A DNA stretch of 64,000 bases from Gemmatimonadota bacterium (GCA_039587315.1 JBDHIS010000004.1:32144-96143), one strand, 5' to 3'; shown: positions 18,825 through 32,539, counted from the first letter of the stretch. A program made the numbers and translations. Notes: generated by a model not told the origin, from the letters alone.

Positions 18825-19583
18825 CTATAGTACCCGGCTCCGGACCCGGAAGTCTACTATCTCCTTCACCCAGCTCCACAGGTCGTCCTGTGCGTCGATG
18901 TCGACCCCTGCGACGACCTTGTCGTGCCAGCCGCGCATGACTTCGTCGTCCACGGTCCACATGCGCACGCGCTGGCGGTCGACCTGCCGCTCCCAGTTCA
19001 CGGAGACGGTGGGAGTTGCGTACAGCATTCTGACCGTGACGCTGCGAGAAATGTACTCGAGCGGCCCCAGGTCTATGTGGGCGTACTCCGATCCGTCGTC
19101 GCTGGCAGACCGGGTATCCGGTACTCCATCCGTGAGGATCACGACGTTGAGCGGCGCCAGCGTGAGACCCTGGCGCTTGACCAACGTGGCCACTCGGTCG
19201 AAGAAGACATTGAAGTCGGTATATGCGTCCTGCTGCGGATACAGCTCCCGCAGGAACGCGGCGATCTCATCCACGCTCTTGTCCTCGAACGCCTGGATTG
19301 GCTGGAACGATTTCGCCTCTCCAGGGCGCTCTCCGCCCACGGACCCGACGAACACCGCCGACGGCTGGGTCAACCCGCCCAGGCCGTGAATGTGTCCGTA
19401 CAGGTAGTGGGCGGCGAAATCGATCGCCTCATCGTAGTGCCCTCGGAACGAGCCACTCACGTCTACGCCGAGCACGAGAGTGCTGCGTGTCACGCCCGGT
19501 CGCTCGGACGGGGCGGCGCACGCCGCAAGGAGGCCGGCGAGGGCGAGGGCGACGGGCAGTCGCCAGGATTGTCTCTCGCTCAT
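18825..19583 (-). CDS. Lipoprotein with vWA-like (MIDAS) domain
   Basis: ATG 19583 overlaps the upstream stop (ATGA); lipobox LAAC; LVLGVDVSGS (DxSxS), YTDF and VVILTDG. Confidence 0.8.
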   Translation of the reverse strand: MSERQSWRLPVALALAGLLAACAAPSERPGVTRSTLVLGVDVSGSFRGHYDEAIDFAAHYLYGHIHGLGGLTQPSAVFVGSVGGERPGEAKSFQPIQAFEDKSVDEIAAFLRELYPQQDAYTDFNVFFDRVATLVKRQGLTLAPLNVVILTDGVPDTRSASDDGSEYAHIDLGPLEYISRSVTVRMLYATPTVSVNWERQVDRQRVRMWTVDDEVMRGWHDKVVAGVDIDAQDDLWSWVKEIVDFRVRSRVL

Positions 19584-20851
19584 CGAATGCCTCCATGCGA
19601 AATGCCGCTGCCGGTCGGCTCCAGGCCCGGGACTGGATCGGAGTCCTTCTTGCCCCAGTGGGGCGTCACGGCGAGCGCATCGTCGATGCTGGTGAACGGA
19701 AGCCTGAACAGCGGCCGCGACCGGATCACGATCACGATCATGTTCACCGCGGCGGCCAGAAGCTGCATCACGGGCAGCGTGATCAGCTCGAATCCGCGCT
19801 TGGCCTCCTGCTTGAACCAATCCACCTCTTCCTTGAGCGCGTTCACCGGACCCCGCCACAGATCGGGCTGCGGCGTCATCGGCGTCATCGGCGTGGACGC
19901 GCCTTCCTTGATGGTGTCGCGCGCCAGGATCGCCAGCACTGCCGGCGTGCCGTAACGGCCGAACAGGAACCACGTCATGCCGCGTACACCGACCCAGCCA
20001 AAGCAGGCCAGCGCCAGGGTGGACACCAGTCCGAGGCGCACCCCTTCGTTGGTCTGCTGGGCGATCCACGGCGTGATGGCGTCGATCAGCTCACGGTAGA
20101 GGAACATCACCTCGAAGAACATCACCGAGAGCTCGACGAACACCATCTGGATGATCTCGCCAATGTTGCGGCTCTTGATGGCCTGCTGCAGCACCTGAAT
20201 GCAGGCGAAGCTGCCGAGGATCAGGAAGTAGAGGAAGATCCAGAGCAGCGGCCCCACGAGGCGCGGGTTCGGCTCGTATCCGGTTATGCCCGACAACACC
20301 TCGGACAGGGTGGGGCTCAGGGTGTACATGAAGATGGTTGCCTCGACTGCCGTCCATGCCAGCAGCGCGAGGAACGCCAACCACGGGACACCCGGCTTGA
20401 AGTAGCTCCTCGACGTCCAGTCGAGCACCGCCAGCGGCGAGCGGAACGTCCCCTTGATTCCCGCCGCCATGAGCTGGAACGCCAGGCGAATCGTGGCCCA
20501 GGTCCAACCGAGGAGCACGAACACGAAGCGGACCATTCCGGCCCAGAACAGCCAGACGGAGCGCCCCACGTCCCACCAGCCGAGCAGCATCGCGGTGAGG
20601 AAGCTCCCGCGCTGCGACCGGAACGGGATCGTGTATAGAGACACCATCGTGGACCACATCGCGGCCAGAAGGAGCATCATCGGAAGCAGGACCAGCACCC
20701 GCTTGATGAAGAGCTCCCCGAACGAGTCGCCATACCAGACGAAGTTCACCATCTGGCTGTGCCAGCTCGGGATCCACGCGACCGGTGTGGCCAGCAGATC
20801 GAGCGTGCTGCGCCACTCGTTGGGCACGAAGGCCTGCATGAACAGTGGCAT
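19580..20851 (-). CDS. Polytopic membrane protein of unknown function
   Basis: 423 aa, roughly 7-8 hydrophobic helices, coding-like bias, translationally coupled to the vWA lipoprotein. Confidence 0.8.
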   Translation of the reverse strand: MPLFMQAFVPNEWRSTLDLLATPVAWIPSWHSQMVNFVWYGDSFGELFIKRVLVLLPMMLLLAAMWSTMVSLYTIPFRSQRGSFLTAMLLGWWDVGRSVWLFWAGMVRFVFVLLGWTWATIRLAFQLMAAGIKGTFRSPLAVLDWTSRSYFKPGVPWLAFLALLAWTAVEATIFMYTLSPTLSEVLSGITGYEPNPRLVGPLLWIFLYFLILGSFACIQVLQQAIKSRNIGEIIQMVFVELSVMFFEVMFLYRELIDAITPWIAQQTNEGVRLGLVSTLALACFGWVGVRGMTWFLFGRYGTPAVLAILARDTIKEGASTPMTPMTPQPDLWRGPVNALKEEVDWFKQEAKRGFELITLPVMQLLAAAVNMIVIVIRSRPLFRLPFTSIDDALAVTPHWGKKDSDPVPGLEPTGSGISHGGIR

Positions 20852-21177
20852 GAACCAACTCCTTAATGATGAGAACGCGCGGATTACGCCGGAGAGGGCG
20901 CTCGACCTGAGGGGGTCGGCCCCGGTGCTCGCGCGCTACAGGCCCCATGCTGCGGTGGATCGAGGGGGGGTACTATGACGCAAGTCACAGGGGTTGGTGG
21001 GGTTTACGTATGTGCTTGTCATTCAAGGTGTTATGAGCACTAACAAAGAGGTGCAGCCCGCGGAAATCTGCCGCTCCCAATCAGTTGCGTTCGGGCCCTC
21101 CGATTGGTTCCCGGTCGCCCTGCCGGGGGACACCTGATTAGCTTTGCAGGCTCGTGGACACCAATCGGAGGATGGAA

Positions 21178-21804
21178 ATGCGACGCACGCTATTGAATGC
21201 CGCTACGCTGCTCCTCGTGGCGCTGCCGGCTATGGCACAGGACGCTCCGCCGCCCCCGCCGGAGCATCAGATGCGCATGAAGCAAGAGATGGGGCAGATG
21301 CACCAGATGCAGATGCGGCACATGGACCCGATGGCACAGGTGGCAGTGTACGCGCCGCCGCACTTGCTCGAGCGCAAGGATGCGTTGGAGTTGTCGGATG
21401 AGCAGGTGAGCCGGCTCGAGGCCCTCGCGGCCGAGTTCAAGGAAGGCCACCATCAGGCTGTCGCGGATGCCGAGGCGCACCACAAGCAGGCGATGGAGAT
21501 CTGGATGACCGACTCGCCCGACATCGATCAGCTGCGCGCCCATGCCGAAGCGGCCATGCAGGCACAGCAGACCGCGCACATGGTGCTGCTCGTCGCGGCG
21601 GCGCAGGGCAAGGCGCTGCTCGACGCAGAGCAGCGGGGTCATGTGGCCGGATGGCTGGAGGCCCAGCAGCACATGATGCACCAGCGCATGCAGGGGATGC
21701 AGGGCATGCACCAGGGCATGGGTGAGATGAAGTGTCACATGCCGCACGACATGGAGAAGGAAGAGGGCGAGCACCACGACGACGACGACGACGATCGCCG
21801 GTAA
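21178..21804 (+). CDS. Periplasmic Spy/CpxP-like helical protein, Met/His/Gln-rich
   Basis: GGAGGA RBS, ATG 21178, signal peptide ending AMA-QD, LELSDEQ and LLDAEQR (LTxxQ-like) motifs, Met/His-rich ends, tail HHDDDDDRR. Confidence 0.75.
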   Translation: MRRTLLNAATLLLVALPAMAQDAPPPPPEHQMRMKQEMGQMHQMQMRHMDPMAQVAVYAPPHLLERKDALELSDEQVSRLEALAAEFKEGHHQAVADAEAHHKQAMEIWMTDSPDIDQLRAHAEAAMQAQQTAHMVLLVAAAQGKALLDAEQRGHVAGWLEAQQHMMHQRMQGMQGMHQGMGEMKCHMPHDMEKEEGEHHDDDDDDRR

Positions 21805-21806
21805 TC

Positions 21807-22379
21807 ATGACACTTCTCAGAGCTACGGCGGTCGGGCTGGCGCTGGCGACGCTCGCGGCCGTGCCGGAGCCGCTCGAGGGGCAGCAGCAGGTGCTCCAGG
21901 TCGGGGTGGTAGCGCCCGACTTCGAGCTGCCAGGGGCCACTCGCTACGGCGTGTTGAGCAGTCCGGTCCGGTTGAGCGAGTTCCGCGGCATGACCGTGGT
22001 GCTGTCGTTCTTCTACCGGGCGCGGACGCCTGGCTGAACGGTTCAACTGAATGCGTACCGTGATCAGTACGCAAAGTTGTTCCACGGTGGCCGCAACGTC
22101 GTGCTGATCGCCATCAGCACGGACAGCCCGGAGGAGTTGGCGGCGTGGGCGCGAGACGACGAGTTCCCATTCCTGCTCGCCAGCGACGAGGGCGCCGAGG
22201 TCGGAAAGGCGTACGGCGCGATGGTCGAGGGGGCGAGGGTTCCGACGGACAACCGATCGCTCTTCGTCGTGGGCCCGGATGGCCGCATCGCCTATGTGGA
22301 TGCGCCCTTCGACGAGGACGATCCCGGCGCGTACGAGGAGCTGGGCGAGGCGGTGGATCGCCTGGCGGCTCCGGAGTAG
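21807..22379 (+). CDS. Selenocysteine-containing peroxiredoxin (BCP/PrxQ-like, AhpC/TSA fold) with signal peptide
   Basis: One frame from ATG 21807 to TAG 22379 interrupted only by TGA at 22035-22037, exactly at the peroxidatic Cys position: APDFELP...SFFYRARTPG-U-TVQLNAYRD...VLIAISTD...FPFLLASD...NRSLFVVGPDGRI. Confidence 0.85.
22040..22083 (+). promoter_or_regulatory. Candidate bacterial SECIS hairpin
   Basis: CAACT(22044-48)-GAA-TGCGTAC(22052-58)-loop CGTGATCA-GTACGCA(22067-73)-A-AGTTG(22075-79); the loop starts 22 nt after the TGA and has G at position 2. Confidence 0.65.
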
Positions 22380-22418
22380 CGCAAGAATCTGTGCACTCGA
22401 CGGCTCTCGATGAGCATG

Positions 22419-22444
22419 GAGGGCCCGGCGGTCGCCGGGCCCTC
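22419..22444 (+). terminator. Hairpin terminating the Spy-like/peroxiredoxin unit
   Basis: GAGGGCCCGGCG-gt-CGCCGGGCCCTC perfect inverted repeat followed by GTTCGTCT. Confidence 0.55.
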
Positions 22445-22501
22445 GTTCGTCTCCCTATATTCCCCGGGTCATTGGGCGGACCAACTGGGAAAGGAGTGGG
22501 A

Positions 22502-23155
22502 TTGCGCGGAAGGTCGTGGGTTCGGTTGGTCGCTTGCCTGGGTGCGGCGGGCCTCTTGGTGGCGCACGCCACCCCAGCCCATGCGCAGGAGACCTCGGGC
22601 TCGACCTGGGCTGCTATTGGTGGTGGGGCGTTGGGGCTCTACTCGGGCGCCATGCTTGGATCCATGGGATCCTGGCTGCCTTGCAACCGGACGTACCAGA
22701 GCATGACCTGCGTGCGCGTGTCCACGGTGGCCGCTGGCGTGGTGGGGGCGGCGAGCGGGATCGTAATAGGCGCAGTGGATAGCGAAACGTTGGGGGACGC
22801 CGCGGTGGGGTCGGGAGTCGGCTTCGCCATCGGTGCTGTGGCCGGGCTTGCCATGAAGCCGTTTGCGGAGGGGTTCACCTGGCTCGACGTGGCGGCCGTG
22901 GCCGGCATGGGAGGCGCCATAGGTGCCTCGCCGGTGGGAGCGGCGGTCGGGTTCGGGGCCGGCACTCTCGTCGGCGTCGTGCTGTGGCAGGTGATTCCGT
23001 CCATAGAGCTGTCTGACGCGCTGGCCTTCAGCGTCGGCGGCATGGCGCTCGGCGGCCTCACCGGCTGGGTCTACCGGGCGTTGGACGTCGAGAGCAATCA
23101 GCCTTCGGGGATGGCACGTGCCGCCATCCCGATCGGTTTCACGCTTACGTTTTGA
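22502..23155 (+). CDS. Glycine-zipper-rich membrane or secreted protein
   Basis: AAGGAG RBS then TTG 22502; signal peptide ending AHA-QE; repeated GxxxG helices; Cys pair; terminal GFTLTF. Confidence 0.65.
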   Translation: MRGRSWVRLVACLGAAGLLVAHATPAHAQETSGSTWAAIGGGALGLYSGAMLGSMGSWLPCNRTYQSMTCVRVSTVAAGVVGAASGIVIGAVDSETLGDAAVGSGVGFAIGAVAGLAMKPFAEGFTWLDVAAVAGMGGAIGASPVGAAVGFGAGTLVGVVLWQVIPSIELSDALAFSVGGMALGGLTGWVYRALDVESNQPSGMARAAIPIGFTLTF

Positions 23156-23250
23156 CCGGTGGGCGCCGAGCGCTTGCCTGACCTCGCACACGAGTGGCAC
23201 AATTGGAGCCACCGTCCCATTGTCCCGGTTGTGACCGAGGGTATCCCCAG

Positions 23251-24642
23251 ATGATGCAAATCAGACGCATATCGCGGTACGCAGTCCCGCTGGCCTTGGC
23301 GCTCTCGGCCGGCGTACCCGACGCAGCCGCCCAGGACGCCCAGTACTGGACGAACCAGTACGGCACCACCGGGAACCTGATTGGAGGGGCGGTGGTCGGG
23401 TCGGTAGCGGACTTGAGCGCCGTCTTCTACAACCCCGGGGCCGTGAGTCTCATAACGGATCCCGAGCTGATCGCGACCTCGCACGTGTTCGAGGCGGTGG
23501 ATGTGAGCATCGATGGCAGAGGGGAGCTGAACATTGACCTCAACGACTTGTCCATCGGCAACGCTCCCGGGTTCTTTGCAGGTTTGATCCCCCTCAATGC
23601 GTTGGGCAAGCACACGATTGGCTATTCGTTCCTCACGCGGTACAAGTTCGACGCCGAGCTCCGGGCGGCTGGTAGCGGCACCGCGGACCTGTTGGGCGAC
23701 GGAACGGATGAGGACTATTACGTGGAGCTGGGATTCACCTCGAGGCTGAACGAGAGCTGGGCCGGGCTCACCTGGTCATACCCGCTCGGCCGGAGGTTCG
23801 GGATCGGTGTATCCACGTTCGTCACCATCCGCAGCCAACGCGCGCGCTCGGCGATCACCGGGCAGGCGTTCCAATCGCCAGGAACCACTGGTGGGGTGAC
23901 GCAGTCGGACCTCGGCTACAAGTACAATCACTACGGGATCCTTTGGAAGGCCGGCTTGACGTACGACTGGTTGGGGTTCAGCCTCGGGGCGACCGTGACC
24001 ACGCCGAGGATCAAGGTCTTTGGATCAGGGGAGACACTGGTCAACAGGCTCGTGGTGGGTCAGGACGCTGACGGCGACGGGACTCCGGATCCTCTCTTCA
24101 TAGCGGATGTGCAGTCTGATCTGCCCGCGATCTACAAGTCCCCCTTTTCCCTTGCGGGTGGTGCGTCCAAGATGGTCGGGCGCAACACGACGCTGCACGC
24201 GACTGTCGAGTGGTTCAACGACGTGCCGCTCTATGACGTGATGCTAACCGAGCCGTTCGTGGGGCAGAGCACCGGCGACACGCTGCAAGCCGATGTCACG
24301 CAGGAGCTCGAAGACGTGATCAACTTCGGCATCGGCGTGGAGGAGCGCTTCACTCCCGGATTCTCGTTGATGGCCAGTTTCCGCACCGACAACTCGGCGC
24401 TTACAACCGGCGAGATCACTGACGTATCGGTCGCGTCCTGGAACATCTACTTCGTGACTGTGGGCTCCACGTTCAGGCTGGGGGGCGGGGAGTTCACGCT
24501 GGGGTTGGCCTACGGGTTCGGCGGCGAGGACCCGACCAAGTTCATGGAGAATCCTCCGGACGATGAGATCATAGAGCCGCTGCCCGACGATGCGCGGATC
24601 AGGTACAGCAGCTTGCGGTTCATCATCGCGTTCTCGTTCTAG
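23251..24642 (+). CDS. FadL/OmpP1-like outer-membrane beta-barrel
   Basis: Signal peptide ending AAA-QD, GGAVVGSVADLSAVFYNPGA (hatch motif like FadL NPA), many amphipathic strands, terminal IIAFSF; ATG 23251. Confidence 0.75.
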   Translation: MMQIRRISRYAVPLALALSAGVPDAAAQDAQYWTNQYGTTGNLIGGAVVGSVADLSAVFYNPGAVSLITDPELIATSHVFEAVDVSIDGRGELNIDLNDLSIGNAPGFFAGLIPLNALGKHTIGYSFLTRYKFDAELRAAGSGTADLLGDGTDEDYYVELGFTSRLNESWAGLTWSYPLGRRFGIGVSTFVTIRSQRARSAITGQAFQSPGTTGGVTQSDLGYKYNHYGILWKAGLTYDWLGFSLGATVTTPRIKVFGSGETLVNRLVVGQDADGDGTPDPLFIADVQSDLPAIYKSPFSLAGGASKMVGRNTTLHATVEWFNDVPLYDVMLTEPFVGQSTGDTLQADVTQELEDVINFGIGVEERFTPGFSLMASFRTDNSALTTGEITDVSVASWNIYFVTVGSTFRLGGGEFTLGLAYGFGGEDPTKFMENPPDDEIIEPLPDDARIRYSSLRFIIAFSF

Positions 24643-24648
24643 AGCGAA

Positions 24649-25857
24649 ATGGCAAGGACTATGAAGACGAGCGTGTACTCGAGACATCTGCGGATTCTGA
24701 CAGGACGCCGTGCTGCGGCCGCCGCCGTGTTAGTAGTGCTCGCGGCCTGCCTCAAAGTCCCGACACAGACGCCGACGATGAAGGAGGTGGGAGTCGAGCA
24801 CGTCACGGCGACGCAGCTGAGGGAGATGGTCCTGGAGTACGCCACGCAGTTCGGCCAGGCCGTCGAGTATATGTCGGACAGCATCATCAAAACCAACGAC
24901 GATGCCGATGTCCAATACCGCGCCTTGATGTGGAAATCCGTCTCCATTGCGACCGTGCGGGAGGCGGCGCTGATCTCGGATCCCCTCCTCGCGCTGGTGG
25001 ATGTGTGGCTGTACACGGTCCAGATGACCGCGTTCGTCGAGTCGCCACCCGAGAATTACGACCAACTCCCGGAGGAGTATCGGGAGGTCGCGTTGGCGCT
25101 GGTACGCCGATTGAGGACACGGGCCCATGATCTGGCGGTGCACGTGGTGGGACCTGAGGTTGCGGCGCGCGCCGAGCCCAAGATCGAGGCCTTCGCCGCC
25201 GCCAATCCCATCGATCCGATCACGCTCAATCGGACATCCATCATGTCGGCCGACTCCTCGACGCTGAGGCAAGTCGGCGGTGGCATCGGCGGCGCAATCG
25301 GCGCGACCTACTGGAGCATGCGGGACGTGGCCGACCGCGCCGGCGCCATCAACGACGCGCTGGGCAAGGAGCTGCGCTGGAATCTGCAGTTGATGGCCTA
25401 CGAGCTGGCGCGGATGCCGGCGGTGGACAGCACACTGACGAGTGTGCGCACATCCCTGGACCGCATCGCCGCCCTGGCCGACACGCTGCCGCCGCTGGTG
25501 AGCGGCGAGCGGGCCGCGGTGCTGGACGCGCTGCACACGGAGCTGGTCAACCTCACGCTATCCATTGATGCGATGCGCACTGAGACGCTCGACGCCGTCA
25601 CCCAGGAACGGGTCGCGGTGATGGAAGCGCTCACCGTGCAGCGGATAGCGGTGATCGCCGCAGTGCACGAGCAGCGCATCGCCACGCTCATGACGATGGA
25701 CTCGATCGTCACCCGAGCGATCGATCAATCCAACCAGGTTGTGGACCACATCTTCTGGCGCGCATTCCAGCTCATCGCGGTGATGGGTGTGGGTATCGTG
25801 CTGCTCGTGTTGCTGCTGCTGCGCGCACGGCCCGGTGGCCGGGAGCGCGTGAGCTAA
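24649..25857 (+). CDS. Helical lipoprotein with C-terminal transmembrane segment, unknown function
   Basis: Lipobox LAAC, long helical or coiled-coil body, C-terminal hydrophobic helix followed by RARP. Confidence 0.75.
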   Translation: MARTMKTSVYSRHLRILTGRRAAAAAVLVVLAACLKVPTQTPTMKEVGVEHVTATQLREMVLEYATQFGQAVEYMSDSIIKTNDDADVQYRALMWKSVSIATVREAALISDPLLALVDVWLYTVQMTAFVESPPENYDQLPEEYREVALALVRRLRTRAHDLAVHVVGPEVAARAEPKIEAFAAANPIDPITLNRTSIMSADSSTLRQVGGGIGGAIGATYWSMRDVADRAGAINDALGKELRWNLQLMAYELARMPAVDSTLTSVRTSLDRIAALADTLPPLVSGERAAVLDALHTELVNLTLSIDAMRTETLDAVTQERVAVMEALTVQRIAVIAAVHEQRIATLMTMDSIVTRAIDQSNQVVDHIFWRAFQLIAVMGVGIVLLVLLLLRARPGGRERVS

Positions 25858-25870
25858 AGGAGCTCGGTGA

Positions 25871-27820
<1,950 letters not shown>

Positions 27821-27829
27821 GCGAGCGGA

Positions 27830-28558
27830 GTGATCCCGCTCTCGCTCACCGAGTGGGCGTTGGCCGTGGCGGCGGTGACCGTGGGGGCCACCCTACAGGG
27901 GTCCATCGGGTTCGGCCTCGGGCTGATCGCCGTGCCGTTCCTGGTGCTCATCAACGAGAGGTTTATCCCTGGGCCGTTGCTGCTGGCATCGGTCGTGCTC
28001 ACGTTGTTGCTCACTCACCGCGAGTGGCATTCCGTACGGTTCAAGGACCTGGGTTGGGCCATTACGGGGCGTGTTCTAGGGATAGGGCTCGCCGTCCTGG
28101 CGCTCACCGCCATTCCGCGGGACCGTATAGGCCTTGCGTTCGGCGCACTGATCCTGCTGATGGTGGGGCTCAGCGCCTCCGGATGGCACCTTCCGCCCAC
28201 GAGACAGGTGCTCTTCGGCGCCGGCACGCTCTCGGGATTCAGCGGCACGGCAGTCTCCATCGGCGGGCCGCCGATGGCTCTCGTATACCAGCGGGAGTCG
28301 GGCGCGAGCCTGAGAGGCACGCTATCCGCGTTCTTCGTCGTGGGAGTGTCGCTGTCCGTCGTGGGGCTCAGCCTCGCCGGGCGGTTCGGCCGGGAAGAGT
28401 TGGTCCTGGCATTCTCCCTCCTTCCGGGCATCCTGCTCGGGTATTTGATTTCCCGCCATACGGCTCGCCTGCTGGACCGGGGGTACACGCGGACCGCGGT
28501 GCTCTTCGTGTCAGCAGCGGCGGGCGTAGTGGTGATCCTGAAACAACTGTGGAGATGA
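27830..28558 (+). CDS. TauE/SafE family (sulfite exporter-like) membrane protein
   Basis: GATLQGSIGFGLGLIAVP and GTLSGFSGTAVSIGGPP motifs, about 8 TM. Confidence 0.88.
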   Translation: MIPLSLTEWALAVAAVTVGATLQGSIGFGLGLIAVPFLVLINERFIPGPLLLASVVLTLLLTHREWHSVRFKDLGWAITGRVLGIGLAVLALTAIPRDRIGLAFGALILLMVGLSASGWHLPPTRQVLFGAGTLSGFSGTAVSIGGPPMALVYQRESGASLRGTLSAFFVVGVSLSVVGLSLAGRFGREELVLAFSLLPGILLGYLISRHTARLLDRGYTRTAVLFVSAAAGVVVILKQLWR

Positions 28559-28562
28559 AGTC

Positions 28563-30614
<2,052 letters not shown>

Positions 30615-30668
30615 ACGCCGGGTGACCCGCGTCTCGCGCTGCGGGGCGACGAGAACGGCATGAAGAGG

Positions 30669-30702
30669 AGCGGGCGGCTGAACCAGCCGCCCGCTTTCTT
30701 TT
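30669..30702 (+). terminator. Intrinsic terminator
   Basis: AGCGGGCGGCTG-aac-CAGCCGCCCGCT followed by TTCTTTT. Confidence 0.85.
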
Positions 30703-30766
30703 CGCTCGGCACTAAGGCTCGCAAAGGCCCGTTGCGATTCTCGACCTCCCTCCTTTCCTTTCCCCC

Positions 30767-32539
30767 ATGGACATGACAGTACCGGCCACAGCAGCGTCCG
30801 AACTGGCTGCCCTGTTCTTCCAGGCGACGATCACTCTCGGCCTGGCGCTGCTGTGTGCCTTTCTCTACCGACAGTACCGCAAGCCGTGGCTTGGATGGCT
30901 CGCCCTGGCGTGGTCGCTGTACACGCTGCGCATGGGCGCGATCATCAGTTTCGTGCTAACGACACAGCGTCACTGGCTGTACTGGCACCAGGTCACGACG
31001 GGTTGGACCGCGCTCGCGTTGCTGTGGGCGGCACTGGTGTTCTCGCAGCAGCTGCGCTGGCGCGACGCCTATTGGCTGGTGGTTCTGTTCCCGGCGCTGT
31101 GGTCGTACCTGGCCATCTACCGGCTCGACAACTTCATGCTCGCCGCGGGACCGGCGGTGCTGTTTCTCAGCGTCGCCACGATGTGGACCGGTTGGGCTTT
31201 CTTGCGTTATCGGCGCCAGGTAGGCTCCGGCAGTGCCGCTCTCCTGGCCGTCGCTTTGTTCCTGTGGGGCCTGCATCACCTCGACTATCCCTTCCTTCGC
31301 GCGCGCGGGGTCTGGAACCCGTGGGGCTATTACCTCGACATCTTGTTCGAGCTGGTGCTTGGTACCGGGATACTGCTGCTGGTGCTCGAGGATGTACGCC
31401 GCGGGCTGGGAACGCTTTCGGCGCTGTCGGGTGACCTGCAGCGCGGTGGCAGCGAGGGCGACGTGCTGGCCCGGCTACTCGAGCGGCCGCTCACACTTCC
31501 CGGAGTCCGTGGTAGCGCAGTGGTGCTTGCTGGGGGTGAGTCGGCCCGGTTCGCGGCTGGAGCGGGACTGTGCGCGAGTTGGGCGGGGCGAGAGCCGGAG
31601 GGTGCGGCCGCACAGGCATTGGCGCGCGCGGTGGAGGTCGGACGACCATCGATGGCGCGGGATGGGAGCGGGTCGAAGGGCGGTGTCGGCCCCTACTCGT
31701 ACGCAACCGCCCTTCCGATTCTGCAGGGTGCGAAGGTCACGGGTGCGATGCTCATCGTCGGCGACGCCCGGGATCCGTTCGCCGCACTGGACGACAGGTT
31801 CCTCGTTGCGCTGGGGCAGCAGGTGGGGGCGGCGCTGGAGAGCGCCGACCTGTACCGCCGCCTGGCCGAGCGCACTCACGAGTTCGAGCGGTTGGCCGCG
31901 CGCATGGTTCAACAGCACGAGACCGAGCGCCGCCGCCTTTCGCGGGAGCTGCACGACGAGACGGGCCAGGTCTTCTCGGCTGTGCGACTCAAGCTCGGGG
32001 TGATACGAGAGGACGCGGCCTCGGAGTTGGCCGACAGCCTGGACGACGCACTTGGGCTCATGGATACGGGGATTCGCAGCATCCGGGACGTGACGAATGC
32101 GCTGCGGCCTTCATTGCTCGACGATCTCGGATTGCTGCCGGCCCTTAGGGCATTGGTCGCAGACTTCGGTGAGCGCTCCGGCCTGTTCAGCCGCGTTACG
32201 GTCCCCGAGGAGTTGCCGCGACTGTCCGACGAGGCCGAGGTGGCCCTGTTCCGGGCCCTGCAGGAAGGTCTTTCCAACGTGGCCAGGCATGCCGACGCCA
32301 GGTCGGTGACCATCAAGCTCTCGCTCAAGGAAGGCGAGATCATGCTCAGCGTGCTGGACGACGGTCAGGGTCCGCCCGATGAGGAGCTAGCGGAGTTGGA
32401 GCGTCGAGGCCACCAGGGACTCGCCGGCATGCGCGAGCGGATTTCGGCGTTGGGCGGGACCGTGCAGATGAACGGAGCTTCGGGTGAGGGCACACACCTT
32501 CTGGTCCACCTTCCAGTCGGTGGAGGGGAAGACTCGTGA
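30767..32539 (+). CDS. Membrane sensor histidine kinase (HisKA_3, NarX/UhpB class) with about 7 TM and a GAF-like domain
   Basis: ERRRLSRELHDETGQ H-box, LRPSLLDDLGL, QEGLSNVARHA N-box, DDGQG, GLAGMRER. Confidence 0.93.
   Translation: MDMTVPATAASELAALFFQATITLGLALLCAFLYRQYRKPWLGWLALAWSLYTLRMGAIISFVLTTQRHWLYWHQVTTGWTALALLWAALVFSQQLRWRDAYWLVVLFPALWSYLAIYRLDNFMLAAGPAVLFLSVATMWTGWAFLRYRRQVGSGSAALLAVALFLWGLHHLDYPFLRARGVWNPWGYYLDILFELVLGTGILLLVLEDVRRGLGTLSALSGDLQRGGSEGDVLARLLERPLTLPGVRGSAVVLAGGESARFAAGAGLCASWAGREPEGAAAQALARAVEVGRPSMARDGSGSKGGVGPYSYATALPILQGAKVTGAMLIVGDARDPFAALDDRFLVALGQQVGAALESADLYRRLAERTHEFERLAARMVQQHETERRRLSRELHDETGQVFSAVRLKLGVIREDAASELADSLDDALGLMDTGIRSIRDVTNALRPSLLDDLGLLPALRALVADFGERSGLFSRVTVPEELPRLSDEAEVALFRALQEGLSNVARHADARSVTIKLSLKEGEIMLSVLDDGQGPPDEELAELERRGHQGLAGMRERISALGGTVQMNGASGEGTHLLVHLPVGGGEDS

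Noticed and set aside
21778-21794. GAC trinucleotide run
   Set aside because: It simply encodes the Asp tail of the Spy-like protein.
21807-22379. Peroxiredoxin as a pseudogene or as two short genes
   Set aside because: The only stop is TGA exactly at the catalytic Cys column, both halves are intact and in frame, and a SECIS-like hairpin follows.
23195-23209. Possible sigma54 promoter TGGCACAATTGGAGC upstream of the FadL-like gene
   Set aside because: GG-N10-GC spacing fits but the conserved TT before GC is absent and no enhancer-binding protein is nearby; too weak to call.
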